DNA from: Nevskiales bacterium | Lineage (GTDB): Bacteria; Pseudomonadota; Gammaproteobacteria; Nevskiales; DATLYR01 | Length of the DNA: 64,000 nt | Direction: 5' to 3' | Assembly: GCA_035574475.1 (NCBI GenBank) | Contig: DATLYR010000087.1 | Location: 4,696-68,695 of the forward strand | Shown: positions 1-11,135 of the stretch, piece after piece | How the letters are laid out: every line of letters begins with the position of its first letter | How positions within the stretch are numbered: the stretch's first letter is position 1 | The notes under the pieces: model-generated | Told to the model about the DNA's origin: nothing | The model's database searches: none | Seen by the model: only the letters and a program-made list of their open reading frames with translations | Translations under genes and position numbers: made by a program

Positions 1-26
1 CCTCGCGATGCGAGGCCTTTTCGTTT
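1..26 (+). terminator. Possible rho-independent terminator of an off-window upstream gene
   Basis: CCTCGC (1-6) pairs with GCGAGG (10-15), followed by CCTTTTCGTTT. The loop is only 3 nt and the stem may extend beyond the window edge. Confidence 0.35.
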
Positions 27-37
27 GCGCGCCGTAG

Positions 38-2204
<2,167 letters not shown>

Positions 2205-2223
2205 AGGCCAGGCGTGCAAATAC

Positions 2224-2249
2224 AAAGGCCGGCGTAAGCCGGCCTTTTT
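2224..2249. terminator. Bidirectional rho-independent terminator between convergent proB and rpsT
   Basis: AAAGGCCGGC-GTAA-GCCGGCCTTT, a 10-bp stem with a tetraloop, flanked by A-run/T-run on both sides. Confidence 0.8.
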
Positions 2250-2267
2250 ATAAGCTCAGACAGTAAG

Positions 2268-2531
2268 TTAAGAAATCGTCTTCATGCGCTTGCTGAGCAG
2301 ACTCTTCTGGCGCGCGGCGGTGTTCTTGCCGATCAGGCCCTTGCGCGCGGAGCGGTCGATGACCGGGACCGCCAGCTTGATGGCTTCCAGCGCCTTGGCC
2401 TTGTCGCCGCTGGCGATGGCCTGCAGCGCATTCTTGAAGTAGGTGCGGACGGCGGAACGCTGGCTGGCGTTGCGCTGGCGACGCACTTCGGACTGACGGG
2501 CGCGCTTGCGCGCTTGAGCGGTGTTGGCCAA
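2268..2531 (-). CDS. rpsT: 30S ribosomal protein S20
   Basis: 87 aa, MANTAQARKRARQSEVRRQRNASQRSAVRTYFK..., typical S20. Confidence 0.97.
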   Translation of the reverse strand: MANTAQARKRARQSEVRRQRNASQRSAVRTYFKNALQAIASGDKAKALEAIKLAVPVIDRSARKGLIGKNTAARQKSLLSKRMKTIS

Positions 2532-2590
2532 GGCAAAACTCCTGCACGGGATGGTCGCGGGACCGGGGTCTAAGCCCCTGAAAGCGGCGC

Positions 2591-2619
2591 ATTATCTGGA
2601 CTTGGCCGCGCCAAGTCAA
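2591..2619 (-). promoter_or_regulatory. Putative sigma70 promoter of rpsT
   Basis: Minus strand reads TTGACT-17 nt-GATAAT (revcomp of 2614-2619 and 2591-2596), about 60 nt upstream of the rpsT ATG. Confidence 0.45.
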
Positions 2620-2649
2620 TGCGTCTGCCGGTACCGCAGACGCTGGGGT

Positions 2650-4236
2650 ATGATGCCGCGACCCAAGAAAAATCCCATGCCCTCACTCCTGAAATCCACC
2701 TCGGTCGTCGGCCTGATGACCTTCCTGTCGCGGCTGACCGGCTTCATCCGCGACATGCTGATGGCGGTGCTGTTCGGCGCCACGGCCGGCATGGACGCCT
2801 TCCTGATCGCCTACCAGATCCCGAACTTCCTGCGGCGCATGTTCGCCGAGGGCGCCTTCTCGCAGGCTTTCGTGCCGGTACTGGGCGAGACCAAGGCCAA
2901 GGGCAGTGCGGCCGAGGTCCGCGAGCTGGTGGGCGTGACCAGCGGCACACTGGGCGGCATCCTGCTGGGCCTGACCGCACTCGGCATCCTGGCGGCGCCG
3001 CTGCTGATCCTGCTGTTCGCGCCGGGTTTCCTGCAGGAGCCCGGCAAGTACGCTCTGAGCGTCGAGCTGCTGCGCATCACGTTTCCGTATCTGCTGTTCA
3101 TTTCGCTGACCGCACTCGCCGGTGGCGTGCTCAACACCTACAGCCGCTTCGCCATACCGGCCTTCACGCCGGTGCTGCTGAACCTGTGCATGATCGGCGC
3201 GGCGCTGTGGCTGGCGCCGCAGTTCGAGCAGCCGGTCGTGGCGCTGGCGCTGGGCGTTTTCGTCGCCGGTGTGGTGCAGCTGGCGTTCCAGTTCCCGTTC
3301 CTGCGCCGCATCGGCATGCTGCCGCGGCCGCGCTGGGGCTGGCGCGACAGCCGGGTGCGCAAGATCCTGCGCCTGATGCTGCCGGTGCTGTTCGGCTCCT
3401 CGGTCTCGCAGCTGAGCGTCCTGCTCAACACCATCATCACCTCGACCCTGATCACCGGCAGCGTCAGCTGGCTGTACTACGCCGACCGCCTGATGGAGTT
3501 CCCACTCGGCATTTTCAGTGTGGCGATTGCCACGGTGATCCTGCCGGCGCTGTCGGCGCGCCATGCGGAGGCCTCGCACGCGCACTTCAGCCAGACGCTG
3601 GACTGGGCGCTGCGCCTGCTGCTGCTGATCGTGGTGCCGGCTGCGGTGGGGCTGTTCGTCCTGGCCGGGCCGATGGTCGCCACGCTGTTCCAGTACAAGT
3701 CCTTCACCGCGCAGGACACGGTGATGACGCGTTACGCGCTGATGGCCTACGCGCTCGGGCTGCTGAGCTTCAGCCTGGTCAAGGTGCTGCTGCCGGGGTA
3801 TTACGCACGCCAGGATACGCGCACGCCCGTGCGCTACGGGGTGATCGCGCTCTCCATCGGCATGGTCATGAGCCTGAGCTTCGGCCTGGGCCTGAAGGCA
3901 GCCGGCTGGGTGGCGCCGCATGCCGGCCTGGCGCTCGCCACCTCGCTCGGCGCCTTGCTCAATGCCGGCCTGTTGTTCCGCGGTCTGCGCCGCAGCGGCG
4001 CCTACCAACCGGCCGGTGACTGGCTGCGCTTCGGCGCACAAGTGGCCCTTGCGGCCGTCGTGATGGGCGGCCTGCTGTGGTGGCTGGCCGGCGATCTGGC
4101 GCTGTGGCAGGGCTGGGGGCTGCGCGAGCGCGTCTGGCGCCTGGCGCAGCTGATCGCGCTGGGTTTTGCCACCTATGCCGGCCTGCTGATGCTGACGGGC
4201 TTGAGGCCACGTGACTTGAGCGCGCCAAGGCATTGA
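2650..4236 (+). CDS. murJ: Lipid II flippase MurJ (MviN)
   Basis: Polytopic membrane protein. The N-terminus LLKSTSVVGLMTFLSRLTGFIRD matches the MurJ family. ORF-track start 2521 would overlap rpsT, so ATG 2650 or 2677 (MPSLLKS) is the real start. Confidence 0.92.
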   Translation: MMPRPKKNPMPSLLKSTSVVGLMTFLSRLTGFIRDMLMAVLFGATAGMDAFLIAYQIPNFLRRMFAEGAFSQAFVPVLGETKAKGSAAEVRELVGVTSGTLGGILLGLTALGILAAPLLILLFAPGFLQEPGKYALSVELLRITFPYLLFISLTALAGGVLNTYSRFAIPAFTPVLLNLCMIGAALWLAPQFEQPVVALALGVFVAGVVQLAFQFPFLRRIGMLPRPRWGWRDSRVRKILRLMLPVLFGSSVSQLSVLLNTIITSTLITGSVSWLYYADRLMEFPLGIFSVAIATVILPALSARHAEASHAHFSQTLDWALRLLLLIVVPAAVGLFVLAGPMVATLFQYKSFTAQDTVMTRYALMAYALGLLSFSLVKVLLPGYYARQDTRTPVRYGVIALSIGMVMSLSFGLGLKAAGWVAPHAGLALATSLGALLNAGLLFRGLRRSGAYQPAGDWLRFGAQVALAAVVMGGLLWWLAGDLALWQGWGLRERVWRLAQLIALGFATYAGLLMLTGLRPRDLSAPRH

Positions 4237-4288
4237 TTGACCGCTATAATGCAAAATTTGCACCGCTTGCCGGGATGACCCGCCACCG

Positions 4289-5221
4289 ATGGAGCTGATA
4301 CGGGGACTGCACAACCTGCGTGCGCGTCACCACGGTTGTGTCGCCACCATCGGCAATTACGACGGTGTGCACAGGGGCCATCAGGCCATCCTTGCCCAGC
4401 TGCAGGCGCAGGCTCGGCAGCACGGCCTGCCGTCCACGGTGATGATTTTCGAGCCGATGCCGCGGGAGTTTTTCGCCCCCGAGCAGGCGCCGCCGCGCAT
4501 CGCCAGCCTGCGCGAGAAGCTGGAGGATCTGGACGCCACCGGCGTGGCGCGCGTGCTGTGCGTGCGCTTCGACGCGCGCTTCGCGGCCCTGAGCCCGCAG
4601 GCGTTCATCACGCGGGTGCTGGTCGAGGGGCTGGGCGTGAAGCATCTGGCGGTGGGCGATGATTTCCGCTTCGGCCATCGCCGTGCCGGGGATTTCACGT
4701 TGCTGCAGCAGGTCGGACGTGCGCAGGGTTTCGCGGTCGAGCACCTGCCGGCCTTCTGCCTCGATGGCGAGCGGGTCAGCAGCACGCGCATCCGCGCGGC
4801 GCTGATGGCCGGTGACCTGGCGCAGGCGGCGCGGCTGCTGGGGCGGCCCTACCGCATCGACGGGCGCGTGGCGGCGGGACAGAGACTCGGGCGTCAGCTG
4901 GGCGTGCCGACCGCCAACCTGCCACTGCGGCAGCGGCGCGCGCTGCGCTACGGCGTTTATGCGGCGCGGGTCGATATACCCGGCGCCGCGGGGCAGCCGG
5001 CGGTGGTGAGTGTCGGCGTGCGCCCGACCGTACCGGGTGGCGACTGCCTGCTGGAGGCGCACCTGCTGGATTTCAGCGGTGACCTCTACGGGCGCCGGAT
5101 CCGCGTGCACCTCTTGCACTTCCTGCGCGCGGAGGAGCGTTTCGAGAGCCTAGACCGCCTGCGCCTGCAGATGCAGTGCGATATCGCCCAGACGCGAGCC
5201 TGGCTGCAGGCCAATGTGTGA
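4289..5221 (+). CDS. ribF: Bifunctional riboflavin kinase / FMN adenylyltransferase
   Basis: 310 aa. IGNYDGVHRGHQAIL nucleotidyltransferase motif; C-terminal riboflavin kinase (GVPTANL, YGVYAARV). Confidence 0.95.
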   Translation: MELIRGLHNLRARHHGCVATIGNYDGVHRGHQAILAQLQAQARQHGLPSTVMIFEPMPREFFAPEQAPPRIASLREKLEDLDATGVARVLCVRFDARFAALSPQAFITRVLVEGLGVKHLAVGDDFRFGHRRAGDFTLLQQVGRAQGFAVEHLPAFCLDGERVSSTRIRAALMAGDLAQAARLLGRPYRIDGRVAAGQRLGRQLGVPTANLPLRQRRALRYGVYAARVDIPGAAGQPAVVSVGVRPTVPGGDCLLEAHLLDFSGDLYGRRIRVHLLHFLRAEERFESLDRLRLQMQCDIAQTRAWLQANV

Positions 5222-5260
5222 ACCACAAGCGAGAGAGACAAGTGCAGTGAGCCCAAAGCC

Positions 5261-8116
5261 GTGACCCAGGACAGCCCGAACGAATACAAGCACACGCTGA
5301 ACCTGCCGCAGACGGATTTCCCGATGCGCGCCAACCTGCCCGAGCGCGAGCCGCGCTGGGTGCAGGACTGGCAGGCCGCGCGCCGCTACCAGCGCCTGCG
5401 CGAGCACTGCGCGGGCCGGCCGCGCTTCGTGCTGCTGGACGGCCCGCCCTATGCCAACGGCGACATCCACATCGGGCATGCCGTCAACAAGGTGCTCAAG
5501 GACATCATCGTCAAGGCCAAGACCCTGGGCGGGTTCGATGCACCCTATGTGCCGGGCTGGGACTGCCATGGCCTGCCGATCGAGCTGCAGGTCGAGAAAA
5601 AGGTTGGCAAGCTGGGCGAGACGCTCGACGCCAGGGCCTTCCGCAAGGCCTGTCGCGACTACGCCGCCGAGCAGATCGACCGCCAGCGCGCCGACTTCAT
5701 CCGCCTGGGTGTGCTCGGTGACTGGGAACGGCCTTACCTGACCATGGACGCCCGCTTCGAGGCCGATCAGCTGCGCGCGCTGGCGCGCATCATCGAGCGC
5801 GGCCATTTGCACCGCGGCTACAAGCCGGTGCACTGGTGCATCGACTGTGGCTCCTCGCTGGCCGAGGCCGAGGTGGAATACCAGGATCGCCGCTCGCCGG
5901 CCATCGACGTGCGCTTCCCGGTGGTGGACGGCCATGACCTGCTGCGCCGCTGCGACTGGCTGGTGGACGACGACGAGCCGCTGCCGCTGTCCGTGGTGAT
6001 CTGGACCACGACGCCCTGGACGCTGCCGGCCAACCGCGCGGTGGCGGTGAACCCGAAGCTGGACTACGTCATCGTGCAGTGCGAGCTGGACCGTGGCCCG
6101 GAGCGGCTGCTGCTGGCCGAACGGCTGGCGGAGGACGCCCTGCGGCGTTACGGCGCGGCACAGCACCGGGTCATGGCGCGCTGCGCCGGCGAGGCACTGG
6201 TGGGCTTGCAGCTGCAGCATCCCTTCTACGCGCGCCAGGTGCCGGTGGTGGCAGGCGACCACGTCACGCTCGAGACCGGCACCGGCCTCGTGCACACTGC
6301 GCCGGCGCATGGCCAGGAGGACTACGCCGTCGGCCAGGCCTACCACCTGCCGGTGGACAACCCGGTCGGCGGCAATGGCTGTTTCCTGCCGGAGGTCGAG
6401 CACTTCGGCGGCCTGCACGTATTCAAGGCCAACCCGCTGATCGTGGCGCACCTGCGCGAGCGTGGCATGCTGGTCTGCGAGCAGGCGCTCGAGCACAGCT
6501 ATCCGCACTGCTGGCGCCACAAGACGCCGCTGATCTTCCGCGCCACGCCGCAGTGGTTCATCGGCATGGACCAGGCCGGCCTGCGTCAGTCCGCCCTCCA
6601 AGCCATCGGCCAGGTCGAATGGACGCCGGCCTGGGGCGAACGCCGTATCCGCGAGATGGTGGCCGAACGCCCGGACTGGTGCATCTCGCGCCAGCGCAGC
6701 TGGGGCGTGCCCATCGCGCTGTTCATCGACAAGGCGACCCAGGAACCGCACCCGGAATCACCGCGCCTGCTGCGTGCCGTGGCCGAGCGCGTGGAGCAGG
6801 GCGGGCTGGATGCCTGGCATGACTTGGATCCCGCCGAACTGCTGGGCGCACAGGCCGCAGGCTACGAGAAATCCACCGACATCCTCGATGTGTGGTTCGA
6901 CTCCGGCGTGGTGCATGCCTGCGTGCCCGCGCGTCGGCCGGAGCTGCGGCATGGCCCGGACGATACCGAGGCCGTTGCCGACCTGTACCTGGAAGGCTCG
7001 GACCAGCACCGCGGCTGGTTCCAGTCCTCGCTGCTGACGGCAGCGGCCATGTACGGCCGCGCGCCGTACAAGGGCGTGCTCACCCATGGCTTCACCGTGG
7101 ACGAGCAGGGGCGCAAGATGTCCAAGTCGCTCGGCAACGTGATCGCGCCGCAATCCGTGGTACAGCGCATGGGCGCCGACGTGCTGCGGCTGTGGGTGGC
7201 CGCGTCCGACTATCGCGGCGAGATCATGGTGTCGGAGGACCTGCTCAAGCGGATCGCCGATGCCTACCGGCGCATCCGCAACACCGCGCGCTACCTGCTC
7301 GGCAACCTGGACGGCTTCGATCCGGCCCGGCATCGAGTGCCGGTCGGGCAGATGCTGGCGCTGGACCGCTGGGCGGTGGAACAGGCGGCGACCCTGCAGG
7401 CCGAGCTGTGTGCGGCCTACGACCGCTACGAGTTCCACCAGGTTTACCACCGGCTGCACAACTTCTGCGTGGTGGAGCTCGGCGGCTTCTACCTGGATGT
7501 GCTCAAGGACCGCCTCTACACCACGCCCAGGGACAGCTTGCCGCGACGTTCTGCGCAGACCGCGCTGTACCACCTGGCGGAGGGGCTGGTGCGCTGGATG
7601 GCGCCGATTCTCAGTTTTACCGCCGAGGAAATCTGGCAGGCGCTGCCGGGGGACAGACCGGAATCGGTGCTGTTTACGACCTGGTATGAATTCCCGCAGG
7701 CACAGCAGGCGCCGATAGCGCCCGACTGGGACAGCCTGATGCAGGCGCGCGAGGCGGTGAAGAAGGTGCTGGAGGCGCTGCGGGCCGCCGGCACGATCGG
7801 GTCATCGCTCGATGCCGAGGTCGAGCTGCACTGCAACGGACGCATGCTGACCGGCCTGCAGACGCTGGGCGACGAGCTGCGCTTTGCGCTGATCACCTCG
7901 GAAGCGCGTGTGCTGCCGGCGGCGTCGCCGCCGGACGATGCACAGCCCACGGACGTCGAGGGTCTCTGGATTCGCGCGACGGCCAGCCCGCATGCGAAGT
8001 GCGGCCGTTGCTGGCATCATCGTCCGGACGTCGGACGCCACGCGGCACACCCGAGGCTGTGCGGCCGCTGCGTCGAGAACGTGGCGGGCGGCGGCGAGAC
8101 ACGCCGCTACGCCTGA
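5261..8116 (+). CDS. ileS: Isoleucine--tRNA ligase
   Basis: 951 aa with a GTG start. HIGH motif ([16 protein letters not shown]), KMSKS ([10 protein letters not shown]), C-terminal Zn ribbon CGRCWHH...CGRC. Confidence 0.97.
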   Translation: MTQDSPNEYKHTLNLPQTDFPMRANLPEREPRWVQDWQAARRYQRLREHCAGRPRFVLLDGPPYANGDIHIGHAVNKVLKDIIVKAKTLGGFDAPYVPGWDCHGLPIELQVEKKVGKLGETLDARAFRKACRDYAAEQIDRQRADFIRLGVLGDWERPYLTMDARFEADQLRALARIIERGHLHRGYKPVHWCIDCGSSLAEAEVEYQDRRSPAIDVRFPVVDGHDLLRRCDWLVDDDEPLPLSVVIWTTTPWTLPANRAVAVNPKLDYVIVQCELDRGPERLLLAERLAEDALRRYGAAQHRVMARCAGEALVGLQLQHPFYARQVPVVAGDHVTLETGTGLVHTAPAHGQEDYAVGQAYHLPVDNPVGGNGCFLPEVEHFGGLHVFKANPLIVAHLRERGMLVCEQALEHSYPHCWRHKTPLIFRATPQWFIGMDQAGLRQSALQAIGQVEWTPAWGERRIREMVAERPDWCISRQRSWGVPIALFIDKATQEPHPESPRLLRAVAERVEQGGLDAWHDLDPAELLGAQAAGYEKSTDILDVWFDSGVVHACVPARRPELRHGPDDTEAVADLYLEGSDQHRGWFQSSLLTAAAMYGRAPYKGVLTHGFTVDEQGRKMSKSLGNVIAPQSVVQRMGADVLRLWVAASDYRGEIMVSEDLLKRIADAYRRIRNTARYLLGNLDGFDPARHRVPVGQMLALDRWAVEQAATLQAELCAAYDRYEFHQVYHRLHNFCVVELGGFYLDVLKDRLYTTPRDSLPRRSAQTALYHLAEGLVRWMAPILSFTAEEIWQALPGDRPESVLFTTWYEFPQAQQAPIAPDWDSLMQAREAVKKVLEALRAAGTIGSSLDAEVELHCNGRMLTGLQTLGDELRFALITSEARVLPAASPPDDAQPTDVEGLWIRATASPHAKCGRCWHHRPDVGRHAAHPRLCGRCVENVAGGGETRRYA

Positions 8117-8132
8117 GGAAAACCGGAATCTT

Positions 8133-8624
8133 ATGGCCATCAAGTATCACAACGTGCACTGGCTATGGCTGTCGCTGGCCGTCATCGTCATCGATCAGAT
8201 CACCAAGCAGCTGGTGTTCATCAACCTGGAGCCCTACGAAACCCTGCGACTGCTGCCGGTGTTCAACCTCACGCACATGCGCAATACCGGCGCCGCGTTC
8301 AGCATGCTGAGCAGCGCCTCGCCGCTGTTCTTCATCGCGCTGGGCGTGGCGGTCAGCATCGGCATCCTGATCTGGCTGCGCCGGCACCCGCAGGGCGAAA
8401 CCCCGGTGGCGGTCGGCCTGGCGCTGATCCTGGGCGGGGCCCTGGGCAATGTCATCGACCGCGCCTACCGCGGTTACGTGGTGGATTTCCTGGATTTCCA
8501 TATCGGCGAATGCGGCTGGTGCCACTGGCCGGCCTTCAACGTGGCCGACTCGGCCATCGTGATCGGCGCCGGGCTGCTGGTCTGGGACATGTTCCGCAAG
8601 CGCGATCCCGCGCGCAGTGGCTGA
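8133..8624 (+). CDS. lspA: Lipoprotein signal peptidase II
   Basis: Start at ATG 8133 (MAIKYHNVHWLWLSLAVIVIDQITK). Conserved NTGAAFS and FNVADSAI motifs. The ORF-track N-terminal extension overlaps ileS. Confidence 0.94.
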   Translation: MAIKYHNVHWLWLSLAVIVIDQITKQLVFINLEPYETLRLLPVFNLTHMRNTGAAFSMLSSASPLFFIALGVAVSIGILIWLRRHPQGETPVAVGLALILGGALGNVIDRAYRGYVVDFLDFHIGECGWCHWPAFNVADSAIVIGAGLLVWDMFRKRDPARSG

Positions 8625-8646
8625 GCCGCTCGGCTAAACTTCCATC

Positions 8647-9585
8647 ATGCAGATCCTGCTCGCCAACCCCCGCGGCTTCTGCGCCGGCGTGGACCGCGCC
8701 ATCGAGATCGTCGAGCGCGCGCTTGAACGCCTGGGGCCGCCGATCTATGTGCGCCACGAGGTGGTGCACAACCGCTTCGTGGTGGACGGCCTGCGCCGCA
8801 AGGGCGCGGTGTTCGTGGAAGAGCTGGACGAGGTGCCGGCCGGCGCCACCGTGATCTTCAGCGCGCACGGCGTGGCGCAGTCGGTCTATCGCGATGCCCA
8901 GGCACGCGGGCTCACCGTGTTCGACGCCACCTGCCCGCTGGTGACCAAGGTGCACATCGAGGTGCGCCGCTATGCGCGCGAGGGCCGCGAGGTGGTGCTG
9001 ATCGGCCATGCCGGGCATCCGGAGGTCGAGGGTACCATGGGCCAGTTCGAACGCGGGCATGGCGGCGAGATCTATCTGGTGGAGACGGTCGAGGACGTGC
9101 AGCGGCTGCAGTTGCGCAATCCCGATCACACCGCCTACGTCAGCCAGACCACGCTGTCGATGGACGATACGGCGCGCGTGATCGAGGCCCTGCGCGCGCG
9201 CTTTCCCCGCATCCTTGGCCCGCGCAAGGATGACATCTGCTACGCGACGCAAAACCGCCAGGATGCGGTCAAGACGCTGGTGAACCGCTGTGACCTGCTG
9301 CTGGTGGTCGGCTCGCGCAACAGCTCGAATTCCAACCGCCTGCGCGAGATTGCCGACCAGCGCGGCGTGCAGGCGCATCTGATCGACGGCGCGGATGACA
9401 TCGATCCGGCCTGGCTGGCCGGCAAGGCCGCGGTGGGCGTCACCGCCGGTGCTTCGGCGCCGGAAGTCCTGGTCCGCCAGGTCGTGGCGCGGCTGCAGGA
9501 ACTGGGCGGCACACCGCCGCAGGAGCTCTCGGGCCGGCCGGAGAACATCGTGTTCTCGCTGCCCAGGGCTTTGCAGCGGGCCTGA
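8647..9585 (+). CDS. ispH: 4-hydroxy-3-methylbut-2-enyl diphosphate reductase
   Basis: 312 aa, [19 protein letters not shown]. The three conserved cluster Cys contexts are present ([20 protein letters not shown]). Confidence 0.96.
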   Translation: MQILLANPRGFCAGVDRAIEIVERALERLGPPIYVRHEVVHNRFVVDGLRRKGAVFVEELDEVPAGATVIFSAHGVAQSVYRDAQARGLTVFDATCPLVTKVHIEVRRYAREGREVVLIGHAGHPEVEGTMGQFERGHGGEIYLVETVEDVQRLQLRNPDHTAYVSQTTLSMDDTARVIEALRARFPRILGPRKDDICYATQNRQDAVKTLVNRCDLLLVVGSRNSSNSNRLREIADQRGVQAHLIDGADDIDPAWLAGKAAVGVTAGASAPEVLVRQVVARLQELGGTPPQELSGRPENIVFSLPRALQRA

Positions 9586-9610
9586 ACCGGCAGCCATCCC
9601 TGTCCACGCG

Positions 9611-10690
9611 ATGAGCGGCAAGCATCCCGACGCGGTCGTGATCGGGGCCGGCGCGATCGGCCTGTTCACGGCCTGGCGGCTGGCCGAGGCCGGGCTGCGC
9701 GTCCTGGTGCTGGAACGCGGCGAGGTCGGCCGTGAAGCCTCCTGGGCCGGCGGCGGGATACTGTCCCCCCTGCATCCCTGGCGCTATCCCGAGGCAGTGC
9801 TGGCGCTGGCGCGCTGGTCGCAGGGGGTTTATCCGCAGCTTTGCGAAACCTTGCGCGAACGTACCGGCATCGATCCGCAGTGGACCACCGGCGGCATGCT
9901 GATCCTGGAGCCGGAATCGGTACCGGAGGCGCGTCGCTGGGCCGGGTCTGCGCCGGAAACCGTGGAAATCCTCGACGCCGGCCAGCAGGCCCTGCGCTTT
10001 CCCGGCGTCATGACTACTTCCTCCGCCATCCTGCTGCCGGCAGTCGCGCAGCTGCGTAACCCGCGGCTGCTGCAGGCCTTGCAGGCGCAGCTGCGTGCCC
10101 TGGGGGTGGCGTTCCGCACCGGGCTGCCGGCCGAGCGGCTGCGGGTCGATAAGGGCCGTGCGGTGGCGGTGCAGACCCGGGAGGGTGAAATCGGCGCCGC
10201 GTGCTTTGTCGTGGCTGCAGGGGCCTGGAGCGGATCAATCGCGCCGCTGGCGATTCCGGTGGAACCGGTCAAGGGTCAGATGCTGCTCTATGCGGTGGGC
10301 GCCGCGACGCCGCCGGTGATGCTGCTGCGCGAGCACAGCTACCTGATCCCGCGCCGCGACGGGCGCGTGCTGGCGGGCAGCAGCGTGGAATACGCCGGCT
10401 TTGACAAGACGCCCGACGCCGCCATGCGGCGGCAGCTGCACGAAGGGGCCGTCGCGCTGTTTCCGCAACTGGCCACGGGCGTGATCGAGGCGCACTGGGC
10501 CGGCCTGCGTCCCGGCAGCCCCCGGGGGATCCCCTTCATCTGCAGGCACCCGGAGATTGCCGGCGTGTATCTCAATACCGGCCATTTCCGCCACGGGCTG
10601 CTCACGGCGCCGGCCTCGGCGCAGCTGCTGGCGGATCTGGTGCTGCAGCGCCAGCCGTTCGTCAATCCGGCGGACTACCAGATGGCCTGA
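9611..10690 (+). CDS. thiO: FAD-dependent glycine oxidase (ThiO/DAO family)
   Basis: Start at ATG 9611 (MSGKHPDAVVIGAGAIGLFTAWRLAEAG, Rossmann GxGxxG). DAO-family length of 359 aa. C-terminal HFRHGLLTAP is typical of ThiO. Confidence 0.8.
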   Translation: MSGKHPDAVVIGAGAIGLFTAWRLAEAGLRVLVLERGEVGREASWAGGGILSPLHPWRYPEAVLALARWSQGVYPQLCETLRERTGIDPQWTTGGMLILEPESVPEARRWAGSAPETVEILDAGQQALRFPGVMTTSSAILLPAVAQLRNPRLLQALQAQLRALGVAFRTGLPAERLRVDKGRAVAVQTREGEIGAACFVVAAGAWSGSIAPLAIPVEPVKGQMLLYAVGAATPPVMLLREHSYLIPRRDGRVLAGSSVEYAGFDKTPDAAMRRQLHEGAVALFPQLATGVIEAHWAGLRPGSPRGIPFICRHPEIAGVYLNTGHFRHGLLTAPASAQLLADLVLQRQPFVNPADYQMA

Positions 10691-10713
10691 GGCATGGCCG
10701 TTTTCGAGGAAGG

Positions 10714-11124
10714 CTATTTATCCCAGCAGTCGGTACCCAGCGTCCCGCTGGCGCCGCGCACGCCCAGGTGGTTGAGGGTGAAGCTGCCGCATTTGCTGTC
10801 GGCGGCCTGTGCGCCCTGCGGTGTCGCCGTCAGGGTATAGGTGGTGGCGGTGCGATTACTGATGGCGATGCGGTAATAGCCCTCGGGTGTCGTGAACGGC
10901 CCATTGCCCACACTGCAGCCGGTACCAGTCAGATAAGTGCCGAACTGGCTGTAACAACGCTCCAGCCGCTGTGCCAGGCCTGACAGCTCGGTCTTGGCTT
11001 CCGCGCGCCGCGCGCGCTGCACATAGGACTCGTAGCTGGGCAGGGCGATCATGGCCAGGATGCCAATGATCGCCACCGTGATCATCAACTCGATCAGCGT
11101 AAAGCCCCTGCTGTGCGGTGCCAT
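10714..11124 (-). CDS. pilE: Type IV pilin-like minor pilin PilE
   Basis: Class III signal [31 protein letters not shown]. Start at the 11th codon of ORF 10714-11154. Last gene of the minor-pilin operon. Confidence 0.85.
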   Translation of the reverse strand: MAPHSRGFTLIELMITVAIIGILAMIALPSYESYVQRARRAEAKTELSGLAQRLERCYSQFGTYLTGTGCSVGNGPFTTPEGYYRIAISNRTATTYTLTATPQGAQAADSKCGSFTLNHLGVRGASGTLGTDCWDK

Positions 11125-11135
11125 CGCTATGAACC

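Noticed and set aside
5150-6751. Very long ORFs antisense to real genes. Examples: 5150-6751 (vs ileS), 19944-21833 (vs fba/patatin), 35550-36500 (vs rseP), 37671-38912 (vs bamA), 43254-45161 (vs dnaE), 58801-60003 and 59970-61391 (vs aminotransferase/hom), 1029-2225 (vs proB).
   Set aside because: These are typical high-GC artefacts. Their translations are low-complexity and Arg/Ala/Gly/Pro/His-rich with no recognisable motifs. Some cross intergenic boundaries. The sense-strand genes are unambiguous conserved proteins.
9586-9610. A TPP riboswitch upstream of thiO.
   Set aside because: The gap to ispH is only 25 nt, far too short for a THI element. thiO here is probably co-transcribed with ispH and lacks thiS/thiG neighbours.
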